DNA of 63,924 nt, the filler included, from Lama guanicoe (Eukaryota): the NCBI GenBank assembly GCA_013239625.1. It is 182 parts of 182 records of this genome, joined end to end, with 100 filler letters (N's around TTAATTAATTAA, not from the genome) between each part and the next. Parts side by side here need not be neighbours in the genome. Positions count along the whole stretch, not along the records: positions 38,330 to 38,581 come from PNXV01048641.1; positions 38,682 to 38,933 come from PNXV01048642.1; positions 39,034 to 39,285 come from PNXV01048643.1; positions 39,386 to 39,637 come from PNXV01048644.1; positions 39,738 to 39,989 come from PNXV01048645.1; positions 40,090 to 40,341 come from PNXV01048646.1; positions 40,442 to 40,693 come from PNXV01048647.1; positions 40,794 to 41,045 come from PNXV01048648.1; 174 more parts are not named here. The stretch is one strand, 5' to 3'. Below, piece by piece: positions 38,330-49,141 of this stretch (positions are counted from its first letter, which is position 1; every line of letters begins with the position of its first letter). Below the pieces are notes generated by a model, which was not told where the DNA came from, ran no database searches, and saw only the letters and a list, made by a program, of their open reading frames with translations. The translations under genes and the position numbers were made by a program.

Positions 38330-38581
38330 GCAGGGTTAGGGCTAGGATTAAAATTAGATACAGTTCAGGGTGAGGGCTAGGAGCAGATTTAAGTCTAGAT
38401 TATGGGTTAGGGCTAGTTTCAGGGATAGGTTTATGTTCAGTTTTAGGGCCATGTTCAGGTTCAGGGCAAGGTGCAGACTGATGGCTACGTCCAGGGTTAG
38501 GTCTAGTTGCAGGGTAAGTGCTGAGTTCAGGGGTAGGTTTAAGTGCAGTGTTAGGGCTAGGTTTAGGGTTAGGGCTAGGTG
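38330..38581 (+). repeat. Degenerate TTAGGG-derived hexameric satellite (telomere-like)
   Basis: About 42 hexamers, almost all in register: ttaggg ctagga tcaggg tgaggg ataggt ctaggt ... Confidence 0.9.
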
Positions 38582-38699
38582 NNNNNNNNNNNNNNNNNNN
38601 NNNNNNNNNNNNNNNNNNNNNNNNNTTAATTAATTAANNNNNNNNNNNNNNNNNNNNNNNNNNNNNNNNNNNNNNNNNNNNCTCTGCACTGTATAGCGA

Positions 38700-38915
38700 T
38701 TAAGAGTATAGCATGTGGAGCCAAGGTGCCTCATTCAAATCCCAGCCCTGACACTTCTATGCTGTGCAACTTTAGGCAGTTAATTCTTCTGGTGTCAGTT
38801 TTCTCTTCTGAAATAAAAGGACAGTAAGGTGGTTGTGAGGATTCAGCGAGACAAGACCTGTGAAAACACCTGGAACAATTAATGGCACAAAGCTCTCTGA
38901 AATGTTAGCAAATAG
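38700..38915 (+). mobile_element. MIR SINE
   Basis: ttcaaatcccagccctgacact...gctgtgcaactttaggcagttaa...tcagttttctcttctgaaa...ggttgtgaggatt. Confidence 0.78.
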
Positions 38916-40114
38916 TGCTGTTCTTCTTAGTTTNNNNNNNNNNNNNNNNNNNNNNNNNNNNNNNNNNNNNNNNNNNNTTAATTAATTAANNNNNNNNNNN
39001 NNNNNNNNNNNNNNNNNNNNNNNNNNNNNNNNNTGAACCAACACGGACACATTATTATCAACCAAAGTCCATAGTTTAACATTAGGATTCACTTTTGATG
39101 TTGTACAGCTATTGTCTACAGTTGTCATTTACATCTCATGTTTCTTAGGAAACAAACCTCCTTAGCAACAGTTAATCAGCGAAACACATCTAACCAGTGC
39201 AAGAAGCTACATAGTTTGAAGAATTTAAGGGCACATAGATAAGCAAAACAAAACCATACACAATAGGAAAGGAAGAGAATTAACANNNNNNNNNNNNNNN
39301 NNNNNNNNNNNNNNNNNNNNNNNNNNNNNTTAATTAATTAANNNNNNNNNNNNNNNNNNNNNNNNNNNNNNNNNNNNNNNNNNNNTCCTCAGTTCCCAGA
39401 TCTTAAAAAAGACAATTAGTGGCAGGATCTAGCTTGATGGGCCGTCCTGTGCAGATCCTGCTCTAGGCTATGTGGACCTGGCAACATTTGTCCAGGGGAA
39501 ATTCAGAACTCCACAGAACCAGTGACTGCTCTGTTAGACAGACAAGTAAGACTTCATTCAAAGTTATTGCTGTAGGAGAGAGAGGCTTGAGTTCAGGCTG
39601 AACTCAACTCACTGAAGCAAAGGGTGGCAGAGGATTTNNNNNNNNNNNNNNNNNNNNNNNNNNNNNNNNNNNNNNNNNNNNTTAATTAATTAANNNNNNN
39701 NNNNNNNNNNNNNNNNNNNNNNNNNNNNNNNNNNNNNGTCAAAACCAGCCAGAGTGATCGTGGTAAATATGAGTCAAGTCATGTCACGCCCCGCTTCACT
39801 CAGAGTGGAATGTTCTTCTGGATCAACACGGTTACCCTGGCCTCCAACGCCCTTCGTGGTCTGCTTGCCCGTTATCTCTCCAGCCCTATCACCTACACTC
39901 CTCCCCTCGATACTCCTCTAATTTCCCAGCGTGCCCCCACTGTGGATCCTGTGCACTGGCTGTTCCTCCCTCCTGAAATACCTTTCTCCNNNNNNNNNNN
40001 NNNNNNNNNNNNNNNNNNNNNNNNNNNNNNNNNTTAATTAATTAANNNNNNNNNNNNNNNNNNNNNNNNNNNNNNNNNNNNNNNNNNNNCTGTTTCTTGG
40101 CATGATACTGACAG

Positions 40115-40288
40115 GCCGTACAGTGCGAGGCGGAGGAGTGCGTGGACATCCTCCTTAAAAGTGGAGCGAACGTCAACACGGCAGATGTGCTTGGCAACAC
40201 CGCGCTCCACTATGCGGCATGCCTCGACACCGCATCTATCGCGGAGAAGCTGCTGTCCCACACCGCGGACATGGACGTGAAAAATCAC
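40115..40288 (+). CDS. Complete 174-nt ankyrin-repeat exon of an ANKRD26/POTE/ANKRD7-family gene
   Basis: actgacAG|AVQCEAEECVDILLKSGANVNTADVLGNTALHYAACLDTASIAEKLLSHTADMDVKNH|GTatag. Phase 0-0 with a GNTALHYA motif; corresponds to the recalled ANKRD26 exon AVQCQEEKCATILLEHGA...GNTALHYA...KNK. Missed by the ORF track. Confidence 0.92.
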
Positions 40289-40793
40289 GTATAGCTCCAT
40301 TCTCTTTCTTGACACAGTATTTCAAATACAGGTTCTTTTTTNNNNNNNNNNNNNNNNNNNNNNNNNNNNNNNNNNNNNNNNNNNNTTAATTAATTAANNN
40401 NNNNNNNNNNNNNNNNNNNNNNNNNNNNNNNNNNNNNNNNNTTGTGAGTCTTCTGATGCCATTCTCACAGAAACTCCTCAGAGTTTACGAACCAGTGGAG
40501 TCTTGTTAGAAGCAATCTCTGGACACTCAGTTTAGACTAAATACATCTGCATTTGTGGATGTTGCTTTTTTAAAAAACCATTGTTAGTGGTATCCTTCCC
40601 AAACCCCTGAATCCTCCCTTGATCCCAGAGCATTTTTATAAGCTCCCAAGATGGTAAAGAATAGAGGCTTTCTTTTCATAAGGGAGAAAACAGNNNNNNN
40701 NNNNNNNNNNNNNNNNNNNNNNNNNNNNNNNNNNNNNTTAATTAATTAANNNNNNNNNNNNNNNNNNNNNNNNNNNNNNNNNNNNNNNNNNNN

Positions 40794-41045
40794 AGCGAGG
40801 TGACTACAGCTGTATGGCATCACTGAAATTTGCTAAGAGAGTAGATCCTACAAGTCCTTGTCACAAGGAGAAAGTGTTTTTCTCCTTTTTCTCGGGGGGA
40901 GGGGTAACTATATGAAGTGATAGATGTTAACGAAGTTTATTGTGGTAGTCATTTTGCAATATATGTGAGTCAAATCGCTATGCTGCACACCTGAAACTGA
41001 TACAATGCTGTATGTCAACTATATCTTAAAACTGATAGAAAAAAA
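40794..41045 (+). mobile_element. L1 (L1MA/MB-type) 3' end
   Basis: gaaatttgctaagagagtagatc...ggtaactatatgaagtgatagatgttaa...tgtggtagtcattttgcaatatat...tatgtcaactatatct plus A tail. Confidence 0.85.
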
Positions 41046-41145
41046 NNNNNNNNNNNNNNNNNNNNNNNNNNNNNNNNNNNNNNNNNNNNTTAATTAATTA
41101 ANNNNNNNNNNNNNNNNNNNNNNNNNNNNNNNNNNNNNNNNNNNN

Positions 41146-41222
41146 TTCCTTCTTTTCTTTCCTTTCCTTTCCTTTTTCTGTCTTTCTTTCCCTTTCTTTC
41201 TTCCTTCCTTCCTTCCTTCCTT
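41146..41222. repeat. Polypyrimidine (TTTCC)/(CCTT)n simple repeat
   Basis: ttccttcttttctttcctttcc...ccttccttccttcc. Confidence 0.9.
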
Positions 41223-42553
41223 ACTGTTAACGCATGCCAACATGCATTTACATTTTTCTTTGTGGATAACTTATTTCTGATTATTTCTTCAAAATAATTT
41301 TTTAAATTGTTAGAAATTATATAAGGAATTATGACATGAGGGCCATAATGTCTTCCAGTTTATAAATCCTCCTTTACAACTCATCCTTTTGGAAACANNN
41401 NNNNNNNNNNNNNNNNNNNNNNNNNNNNNNNNNNNNNNNNNTTAATTAATTAANNNNNNNNNNNNNNNNNNNNNNNNNNNNNNNNNNNNNNNNNNNNATG
41501 GCCAAGGAAGGGGTAGGACAGCCCTTGGGGAAGGGAGGACGCAACTCCGTGACACTTTCCAGAATTATAAAACAAACTCTATGATCCTAAATAGAAAGCA
41601 GCTTTTTCTTTTAATTTCTTGGATTTGCTTAAGCCGAGGACCCAGGGAATCCTCCTATTTCTAGGTGGAGAGACTGACTGAAGGTTCCCCCTCAACAGAG
41701 CCTGGTCCTGATGACACAGGCCACCCCAGTCGGCGGGCCCCCGCCCCCGNNNNNNNNNNNNNNNNNNNNNNNNNNNNNNNNNNNNNNNNNNNNTTAATTA
41801 ATTAANNNNNNNNNNNNNNNNNNNNNNNNNNNNNNNNNNNNNNNNNNNNGCCCATCCATAATGGTTTCAGGGAAACTTCCTGATCTGAACTTGGCCTTCT
41901 TCATAGAGTCAAGCTTGTCTGCCTTTATTTCCTCATTTATCTTAGGACCAGAAACAGAAGAAATGTTTGTCCATTGGATTTTTATTTGAAATTTAGTAAC
42001 TACCCACTCTTTTTAGTTGTCAGGTTTACAGATGCTTAATGACACAAATGACTCTTCTGTGTATCCTAGAGTCTGCCCTCCACCTTCCAATGTATTTCCA
42101 GNNNNNNNNNNNNNNNNNNNNNNNNNNNNNNNNNNNNNNNNNNNNTTAATTAATTAANNNNNNNNNNNNNNNNNNNNNNNNNNNNNNNNNNNNNNNNNNN
42201 NGAGTGTGATCTGTGTAAAGAAAACCCCAAAGGGGAAACACGGCTTGAGACAATTTCTCATAAAAGAGTTAAATTTCAATTATTTGGCTTCCCCCTTGTA
42301 TCTATGGAATTAGGGATTGGGTGAGAATGGAAAGATTTGATGTAATCGCAGGATCCCCATTCCTCCTTCCTCCCAGTGGACTTGGCCCAAAAATTTAACA
42401 TACCCTAGGCCTCCAGGTAAATTTCAAGAGATTGTCTAGAGAAGGAAAAAAAANNNNNNNNNNNNNNNNNNNNNNNNNNNNNNNNNNNNNNNNNNNNTTA
42501 ATTAATTAANNNNNNNNNNNNNNNNNNNNNNNNNNNNNNNNNNNNNNNNNNNN

Positions 42554-42805
42554 TCTTCCCAGATTTAATCTCCAGATATAATGAACTTAGGATAAATTCC
42601 CAGCAGGAGTATTTTTTTGGATGGAATCTACAAGCTGATACTAAAATTCTTATGAAAGACCAAAGGCTAAGAATAAGGAAGACAATTCTGAAGAAGAAAA
42701 AGGGAGGGACTTGCCCTTTCAAATGTAAAGGCTTATTATAAAGTTAGAGAAATCTATAATAGTGTCATATGGGTGCAAAAATTGTCCCAAGTATCAATAG
42801 AACAG
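42554..42805 (+). mobile_element. Old L1 ORF2 fragment
   Basis: acaagctgatactaaaattcttatg...aaaggctaagaataag...caattctgaagaagaaaa...ggacttgccc...cttattataaag. Confidence 0.75.
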
Positions 42806-44313
42806 NNNNNNNNNNNNNNNNNNNNNNNNNNNNNNNNNNNNNNNNNNNNTTAATTAATTAANNNNNNNNNNNNNNNNNNNNNNNNNNNNNNNNNNNNNNN
42901 NNNNNTTTCTTTCCTTGGACTACCTGGAATAGAGTGAGTGTAGTCATCATTTTGTAAGCAGTCCTCAGTTATAATAATGCAGAACCTTTACAGTTCTTTG
43001 CCCAGCACTTGGGAGTGAAAATGTTTGTTGTGGATCACAGGGATTATCCTCACATCCCCTTTTGCCACCATGAGAAAACACCACATTGTTATCCAAAATC
43101 AAGTCTTAGTCAGCATTGCATTCCCATTGCAAAACAGTTAAGAATTGTAGGAGTTCTNNNNNNNNNNNNNNNNNNNNNNNNNNNNNNNNNNNNNNNNNNN
43201 NTTAATTAATTAANNNNNNNNNNNNNNNNNNNNNNNNNNNNNNNNNNNNNNNNNNNNACCCTTCTGATGAGTTTTGCAGCTTTGTTTTACCCATCATGTC
43301 TTGTACAAAGTAGGTATTCAAGAATATTAATGAATAAACATTAATTCAGAAAGGCAGAACTTTTGGATTTGTTCCTGGCTACAAAGGCACGCTTAGACTT
43401 TTGAGGCAGTTGTTTGCAAAATAAGTTAACGGATTAGGCATTTTAAAAAAATAATAATAACAGCATCAAGAAGCACAGCAAAGGGGGATGGAGAAGATAA
43501 TAATTTTAANNNNNNNNNNNNNNNNNNNNNNNNNNNNNNNNNNNNNNNNNNNNTTAATTAATTAANNNNNNNNNNNNNNNNNNNNNNNNNNNNNNNNNNN
43601 NNNNNNNNNCCATCAGCCCTTTCCTCGCGGGAGCGGGGCGGTCTGGGCTCCGATCACCCCGGCGACAGCCGCTAGACAGGGATCCCCGGGGCCCACGGCA
43701 GGCACACAGCCCTGGGTCCCAGGTGCCCGGCCCCGGGCGGGCGGGAGGGTGGGCGGGGCTTGAGGCCATTCCACTTCCCTGCCCCACCCCCATGCCCACT
43801 GCCTCCTCTGAGGTGCCTCCCATGGGTCAGGGTGTTCCTGGGCGGCACACCGCTAGCCAGTNNNNNNNNNNNNNNNNNNNNNNNNNNNNNNNNNNNNNNN
43901 NNNNNTTAATTAATTAANNNNNNNNNNNNNNNNNNNNNNNNNNNNNNNNNNNNNNNNNNNNATTTTTCTAATGATGTATTGTAGTAGCAGTTGCTTAATA
44001 ATTAGCTTCAACTACCCACAAAAAATGTACATGAAATGGTTTTCTAATTCTGTGGGGGTTTGTAACCTATAAAAAATACAACCTTTATTGTCCCTGCACA
44101 GTACAGTATATTTTAGTTACCTTAGATAACCTTACAACTTATGTATGCTATTCATACACAGTAATTTTTTTTAAATCATATTCTGGTTCTTATTCATCAG
44201 CTAGATGTGTGTANNNNNNNNNNNNNNNNNNNNNNNNNNNNNNNNNNNNNNNNNNNNTTAATTAATTAANNNNNNNNNNNNNNNNNNNNNNNNNNNNNNN
44301 NNNNNNNNNNNNN

Positions 44314-44565
44314 TTTGGGAGGGGGAGGTGCTTCAGTCCTAAGTGTGGGACCTTCACGAAGGCGATTAGTGCCTTATAAAAGGGGATGAGAGAGAGCCCT
44401 GGGCCCTTCTTCCGTCATGAAAGGACGCAGGGAGAAGCCAGCAGTCTGCAGCCAGGAAGAGCCTGGCCGCACTGGCACGCTGATGTCGGGCCACCAGCTT
44501 CCAGAACCACGAGACATGGAATTCTGCTGCGTTAAGTTACCCTGTCTGCGGTGTTTTGTTGCAGC
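44314..44565 (+). mobile_element. MaLR LTR (MLT1A-like)
   Basis: gattagtgccttataaaag...cagggagaagccagcagtctgcagcc...ctggcacgctgat...cagcttccagaacc...ttaag...ggtgttttgttgcagc. Confidence 0.8.
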
Positions 44566-44665
44566 NNNNNNNNNNNNNNNNNNNNNNNNNNNNNNNNNNN
44601 NNNNNNNNNTTAATTAATTAANNNNNNNNNNNNNNNNNNNNNNNNNNNNNNNNNNNNNNNNNNNN

Positions 44666-44917
44666 TGCTCTTCGGCCCTGCTGAATGCAGCCCTTCACGC
44701 ACAAGGCCTGGGGGGCGTGTGTCTCTGCCCCTCTGGGTCAGCGCCTCGGCCTGGGCTGCTGGGCTGCGTGGCGATCGACCGGTGCTTGTCTCTCTGAGGA
44801 GCCGCCAGGCAGTTGTCCTGTCTTCCGCACCCCCCCCAGTTTCCTGGCCTCGGCCACACGGGCCGTCACCTTCGTCTTAAGTTCCGGCCGCGGCGTGAGA
44901 GGTGGCCCCTGCCCCGC
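44666..44917 (-). mobile_element. Old L1 3' ORF2 fragment, extremely GC-shifted
   Basis: cttcacgcacaaggc...ctctgggtcagcgcctcggcctgggctgctgggc...gaggagccgccaggcagttgtcc parallels L1M antisense attcatgtacaagt...cttgggtaaatacctaggagtggaattgctgggtc...aagaaactgccaaactgttttcc. Confidence 0.5.
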
Positions 44918-45017
44918 NNNNNNNNNNNNNNNNNNNNNNNNNNNNNNNNNNNNNNNNNNNNTTAATTAATTAANNNNNNNNNNNNNNNNNNNNNNNNNNN
45001 NNNNNNNNNNNNNNNNN

Positions 45018-45269
45018 GCTCCTCCTGCCAGGAAACCTGCACAAGCCCCTAGTCCAGCCTCATCCATCAGAGGCAGATACTACAAATAAGAAAACAATAA
45101 TCTCAACACATAGGAAGACAGATATGAGGCGGCAAAGGAGTACGACCCAGGCCAAGGCACAAGACAAAACCCCAGAAGAAGAAACAAGTGACGAGGAGAC
45201 AGGTGGCTTATCTGAGAAGTAGTTTAAAGTAACGATGGCCAAGATGTTCAGAGAACTCAAGAGGAGTAC
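45018..45269 (+). mobile_element. L1 5'UTR end and ORF1 start (disabled)
   Basis: ATG at 45124: MRRQRSTTQAKAQDKTPEEETSDEETGGLSEK*FKVTMAKMFRELKR, like artiodactyl L1 ORF1p N-termini, with an in-frame TAG. Confidence 0.82.
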
Positions 45270-45925
45270 NNNNNNNNNNNNNNNNNNNNNNNNNNNNNNN
45301 NNNNNNNNNNNNNTTAATTAATTAANNNNNNNNNNNNNNNNNNNNNNNNNNNNNNNNNNNNNNNNNNNNTTTTTTTTTATCTTTATACTTCAATGAAAAA
45401 GTTTACTATCAAACAACCAAGAAATGCCTCGTGATCTGATCTCCCCCTGATTGTTCTCTGTCCTGGGGCATCCACTGAGCTCCATTTCTGACACGGGTGA
45501 CCCGTCCTGGTGGTGGGATGGTTGTGAAGATGTGACGGGTCACGTGAGCAGACATGAGGGTCGGGCGCCCCGTGAAAAGGCTGAGGCTGGGCTCCGCAGA
45601 CAGCCCTGGGGGTCCTGGGGGNNNNNNNNNNNNNNNNNNNNNNNNNNNNNNNNNNNNNNNNNNNNTTAATTAATTAANNNNNNNNNNNNNNNNNNNNNNN
45701 NNNNNNNNNNNNNNNNNNNNNAGTAGGAGTGTGCTAGGGACTAGACGATAAAGCATAACTATTGTTCATGATGCGTTCATAATCTAGCTGGGGAAGCAGA
45801 CACACACATGCATAATGGAGACAATGAATAGATACATACAATGAATACAATGGTAATAAAATCAATAATTATTGGTTTGAAACAGTATTAGGATTTAAGT
45901 TATTCCTCCAAAGCCAACTATTTTT

Positions 45926-45973
45926 GGGGAGGGTATAGCTCACGTGGTAGAGCACGTGCTTAGCATGCAGGAG
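45926..45973 (+). mobile_element. tRNA-derived camelid SINE (vic-1 type), 5' head truncated by the contig end
   Basis: ggggagggtatagctcacgtggtagagcacgtgcttagcatgcaggag; A-box present; homologous to the element at 55978-56125. Confidence 0.88.
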
Positions 45974-46119
45974 NNNNNNNNNNNNNNNNNNNNNNNNNNN
46001 NNNNNNNNNNNNNNNNNTTAATTAATTAANNNNNNNNNNNNNNNNNNNNNNNNNNNNNNNNNNNNNNNNNNNNTATATATATATATATTTAGACTAACAG
46101 TTTTCTGATGTCTAATGTG

Positions 46120-46325
46120 CAGGAAACAAAGAGCTAAGGCTCTTTCTGAACCCCCAGCCATATGGCAAGATCAGGCTGGCTTGTTCCATTTCAAGAACCC
46201 CCCAAAAACACCCACATTCAACAGGAAGCAGGCAGATGAACACGACGCCCATCTCCCTATTTCCATAGAAATTGAATGAGAAACTGACAGTGGGGATTTT
46301 GAAGTAGAATTAATAAAATGGCCAC
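46120..46325 (+). mobile_element. ERV internal 3' end, polypurine tract and start of 3' LTR
   Basis: caggaagcaggcagatgaacacgacgccc...gagaaactgacagtggggattt|TGaagtag, the typical ERV1 PPT-LTR junction layout (TG at 46300). Confidence 0.5.
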
Positions 46326-47833
46326 NNNNNNNNNNNNNNNNNNNNNNNNNNNNNNNNNNNNNNNNNNNNTTAATTAATTAANNNNNNNNNNNNNNNNNNN
46401 NNNNNNNNNNNNNNNNNNNNNNNNNAGGTTTAACAGAGGTCAGTTGAGAGAATTACTGTAGAATTTCCCATTCCGAACACTATGGCCACTAAACCAATTA
46501 TGCACAAAAGTCATCTGGACTCTAGCAGAATCGGTGGGAATGAAGACAGGCCAACCTACCAAGAAGAGTTTCAGAATCAGAAAGTTCAGGCAGCCTCTCA
46601 GCTTCTTCTAGACCCTATTGTCTAACGGTACTTAGGATGGGATAGACAAGATGGGACTTTGTAAAGCAGATTCTTCCNNNNNNNNNNNNNNNNNNNNNNN
46701 NNNNNNNNNNNNNNNNNNNNNTTAATTAATTAANNNNNNNNNNNNNNNNNNNNNNNNNNNNNNNNNNNNNNNNNNNNTGAATTTTGTTTTGTTGTTTTTT
46801 TTTTAAACCAACTTTTGACTTGAATGCGTGGCTCATTTATTTTTTACCCTTTCTTGTTTACTGACAAAACCCCTTCAGGCACTGCTTGAACGATACCCCA
46901 CCGTTCTGACATTCAGTGTTTTCACTGTCTTTCAATTCTAAGTGTATCATCTCATTTTAAAATTTCCTTTTTAACCCGAAGGTTATTTAGAAATGTGTTA
47001 TTTAATCTGTAACCACAGGGGCTTTTGTTNNNNNNNNNNNNNNNNNNNNNNNNNNNNNNNNNNNNNNNNNNNNTTAATTAATTAANNNNNNNNNNNNNNN
47101 NNNNNNNNNNNNNNNNNNNNNNNNNNNNNGAAGAACGTGTGCAGTATGGAAGGAAAACAAACCAGACAACCTTTTAGGCAACACACTTGCCCCAGCCTCT
47201 CCTTACAGTAGTTTCCTCTTTGAGCATGAGTGTGCTGTCCTGTGTATCTGCTCCGTAACTAGCTTCACGTCCCAACGCTACATGTTCACCTTTCTTGTGC
47301 TCATGAAATTATAGACACACATCAAACTTTGCCATGATGTGGTACGCACACAGGCCACTGTTAAAGCAACAGCTATCAGATNNNNNNNNNNNNNNNNNNN
47401 NNNNNNNNNNNNNNNNNNNNNNNNNTTAATTAATTAANNNNNNNNNNNNNNNNNNNNNNNNNNNNNNNNNNNNNNNNNNNNTTCCTGTGTTCCAGTGATC
47501 TATTGCTGTGTAACAAAATGCCCTAATACTTAGTGGTTTAAAACAGCAAAAACTATCTGGTCATTTTTCTGCAGTCTGGGTAGGATTCAGTGGAGATGTG
47601 TCTCTGATTTATGTGATTTGCTGTGGTAGCTAGCATTGCTTTTATAACCATATTCAGTGGAGAACAGCTTAATGGATTTCTCTCTCCATCTTCTGAAGCA
47701 CAAATTAAAATGACCCTCCAAAGTGGTTTATGGNNNNNNNNNNNNNNNNNNNNNNNNNNNNNNNNNNNNNNNNNNNNTTAATTAATTAANNNNNNNNNNN
47801 NNNNNNNNNNNNNNNNNNNNNNNNNNNNNNNNN

Positions 47834-48085
47834 ATCCAGACCCTAGATACATTCACTGGTGAATTTTTACAAACTAATTTTCAACAAATATTTCCAGGAA
47901 ATAGACAATGAGGAAACACGTAACATGTTTCTTTAAGGCTGCATAAAATTGATATAAAACCTGACAAAAACATTATGAAAAAGGAAAATATAAGTCTCTT
48001 CATGAACAAAGACAAAATCCTAAGTGACTTATCATGAAATATATTTAAAGATAATAGAATATCAAGAACAGGTGGGATTTTTTTT
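47834..48085 (+). mobile_element. Old L1 ORF2 (RT N-terminal) fragment
   Basis: ccagaccctagatacattcactggtgaatt...ttccaggaaatag...aaggctgcataa...gatataaaacctgacaaa...tctcttcatgaaca. Confidence 0.75.
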
Positions 48086-48330
48086 NNNNNNNNNNNNNNN
48101 NNNNNNNNNNNNNNNNNNNNNNNNNNNNNTTAATTAATTAANNNNNNNNNNNNNNNNNNNNNNNNNNNNNNNNNNNNNNNNNNNNTAGGTCCCATTCACC
48201 ACTGGAGCACGAGATGAAAAAGAAAGGCAGACATGCTTCCTGAATTTGGATGGCGTCCTACAAGGCAGACATAAACGGCCAGAATCAAGTTCTTCCCGCT
48301 TCACCTAGGAACTAAACACAGGTTCACTAC

Positions 48331-48437
48331 TGGCTTCAGTTGGTTCAGGGGGTACACATGACAGGCGCACATGTCACGGAGCTGCATGGTGATCCTGCCC
48401 TTCGGGGTGATGGGAGTCACAGTGCCTTCTCCAAACT
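48331..48437 (-). pseudogene. HERC2: HERC2-like exon fragment, diverged (probable duplicate or pseudogene)
   Basis: Minus strand FGEGTVTPITPKGRITMQLRDMCACHVYPLNQLKP, then a GT donor (48330-48329). Recalled human HERC2 is FGEGTVTRITPKGKITVQFSDMRTCRVCPLNQLKP, giving 9 differences in 35 residues. Confidence 0.82.
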
Positions 48438-48889
48438 NNNNNNNNNNNNNNNNNNNNNNNNNNNNNNNNNNNNNNNNNNNNTTAATTAATTAANNNNNNN
48501 NNNNNNNNNNNNNNNNNNNNNNNNNNNNNNNNNNNNNCTTGAAAGGATTCTTGGGAAGATGTCCTTCCTTCAGCACGGCAGAGGGACCCAGGCCATCCCC
48601 CTTACAATCACTCAGTGGCAATCTGGTATGATTACCATCATCTGCATCAGCTCTCTCCCTCATGTCCATCTTGAAACCCATGTAACCTCAAGCCCTCTCT
48701 TCTGAATTCGATTTCTAATCCTTGACTCACAAGAAATATATAAATGAACAACCAGAGATTACCAGATATATGCAGAAAAGATAAAGGAGNNNNNNNNNNN
48801 NNNNNNNNNNNNNNNNNNNNNNNNNNNNNNNNNTTAATTAATTAANNNNNNNNNNNNNNNNNNNNNNNNNNNNNNNNNNNNNNNNNNNN

Positions 48890-49141
48890 AGATGGACCTT
48901 GAGGTCATCACGCTAAGTGAAACCCATATAGAAAAGAATAACTCATAAATGAGCCGAACTTACGGTGTTTGGAGTGGTGACTGCTAGAGGCTTGGAGGTT
49001 AAGGCACTGGGGAGACATTGTTCAGGAGGAACAAACTTCCAGTTAGAAGGTGAGACAGTTCTGGAGACCTAATTCATGGCATTGTGGTCATCATTAAAGA
49101 ATGGTATTGTATCCTTGGAAACTGCTAAGAGAGTAGATCTT
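48890..49141 (+). mobile_element. L1 ORF2 end / 3'UTR fragment (L1MA/MB-type)
   Basis: gatggaccttgaggtcatcacgctaagtgaaa...acaaacttccagttagaag...ttctggagacctaat...ctgctaagagagtagatct. Confidence 0.82.

Noticed and set aside
38370..38633. Arg-alternating ORF (MRARSRFKSR...) resembling a protamine or SR protein
   Set aside because: It is a by-product of the TTAGGG-like 6-bp periodicity.
45926..45973. Possible genuine tRNA-Ala gene
   Set aside because: It matches the SINE head also seen with TSD and A-tail at 55978-56125.
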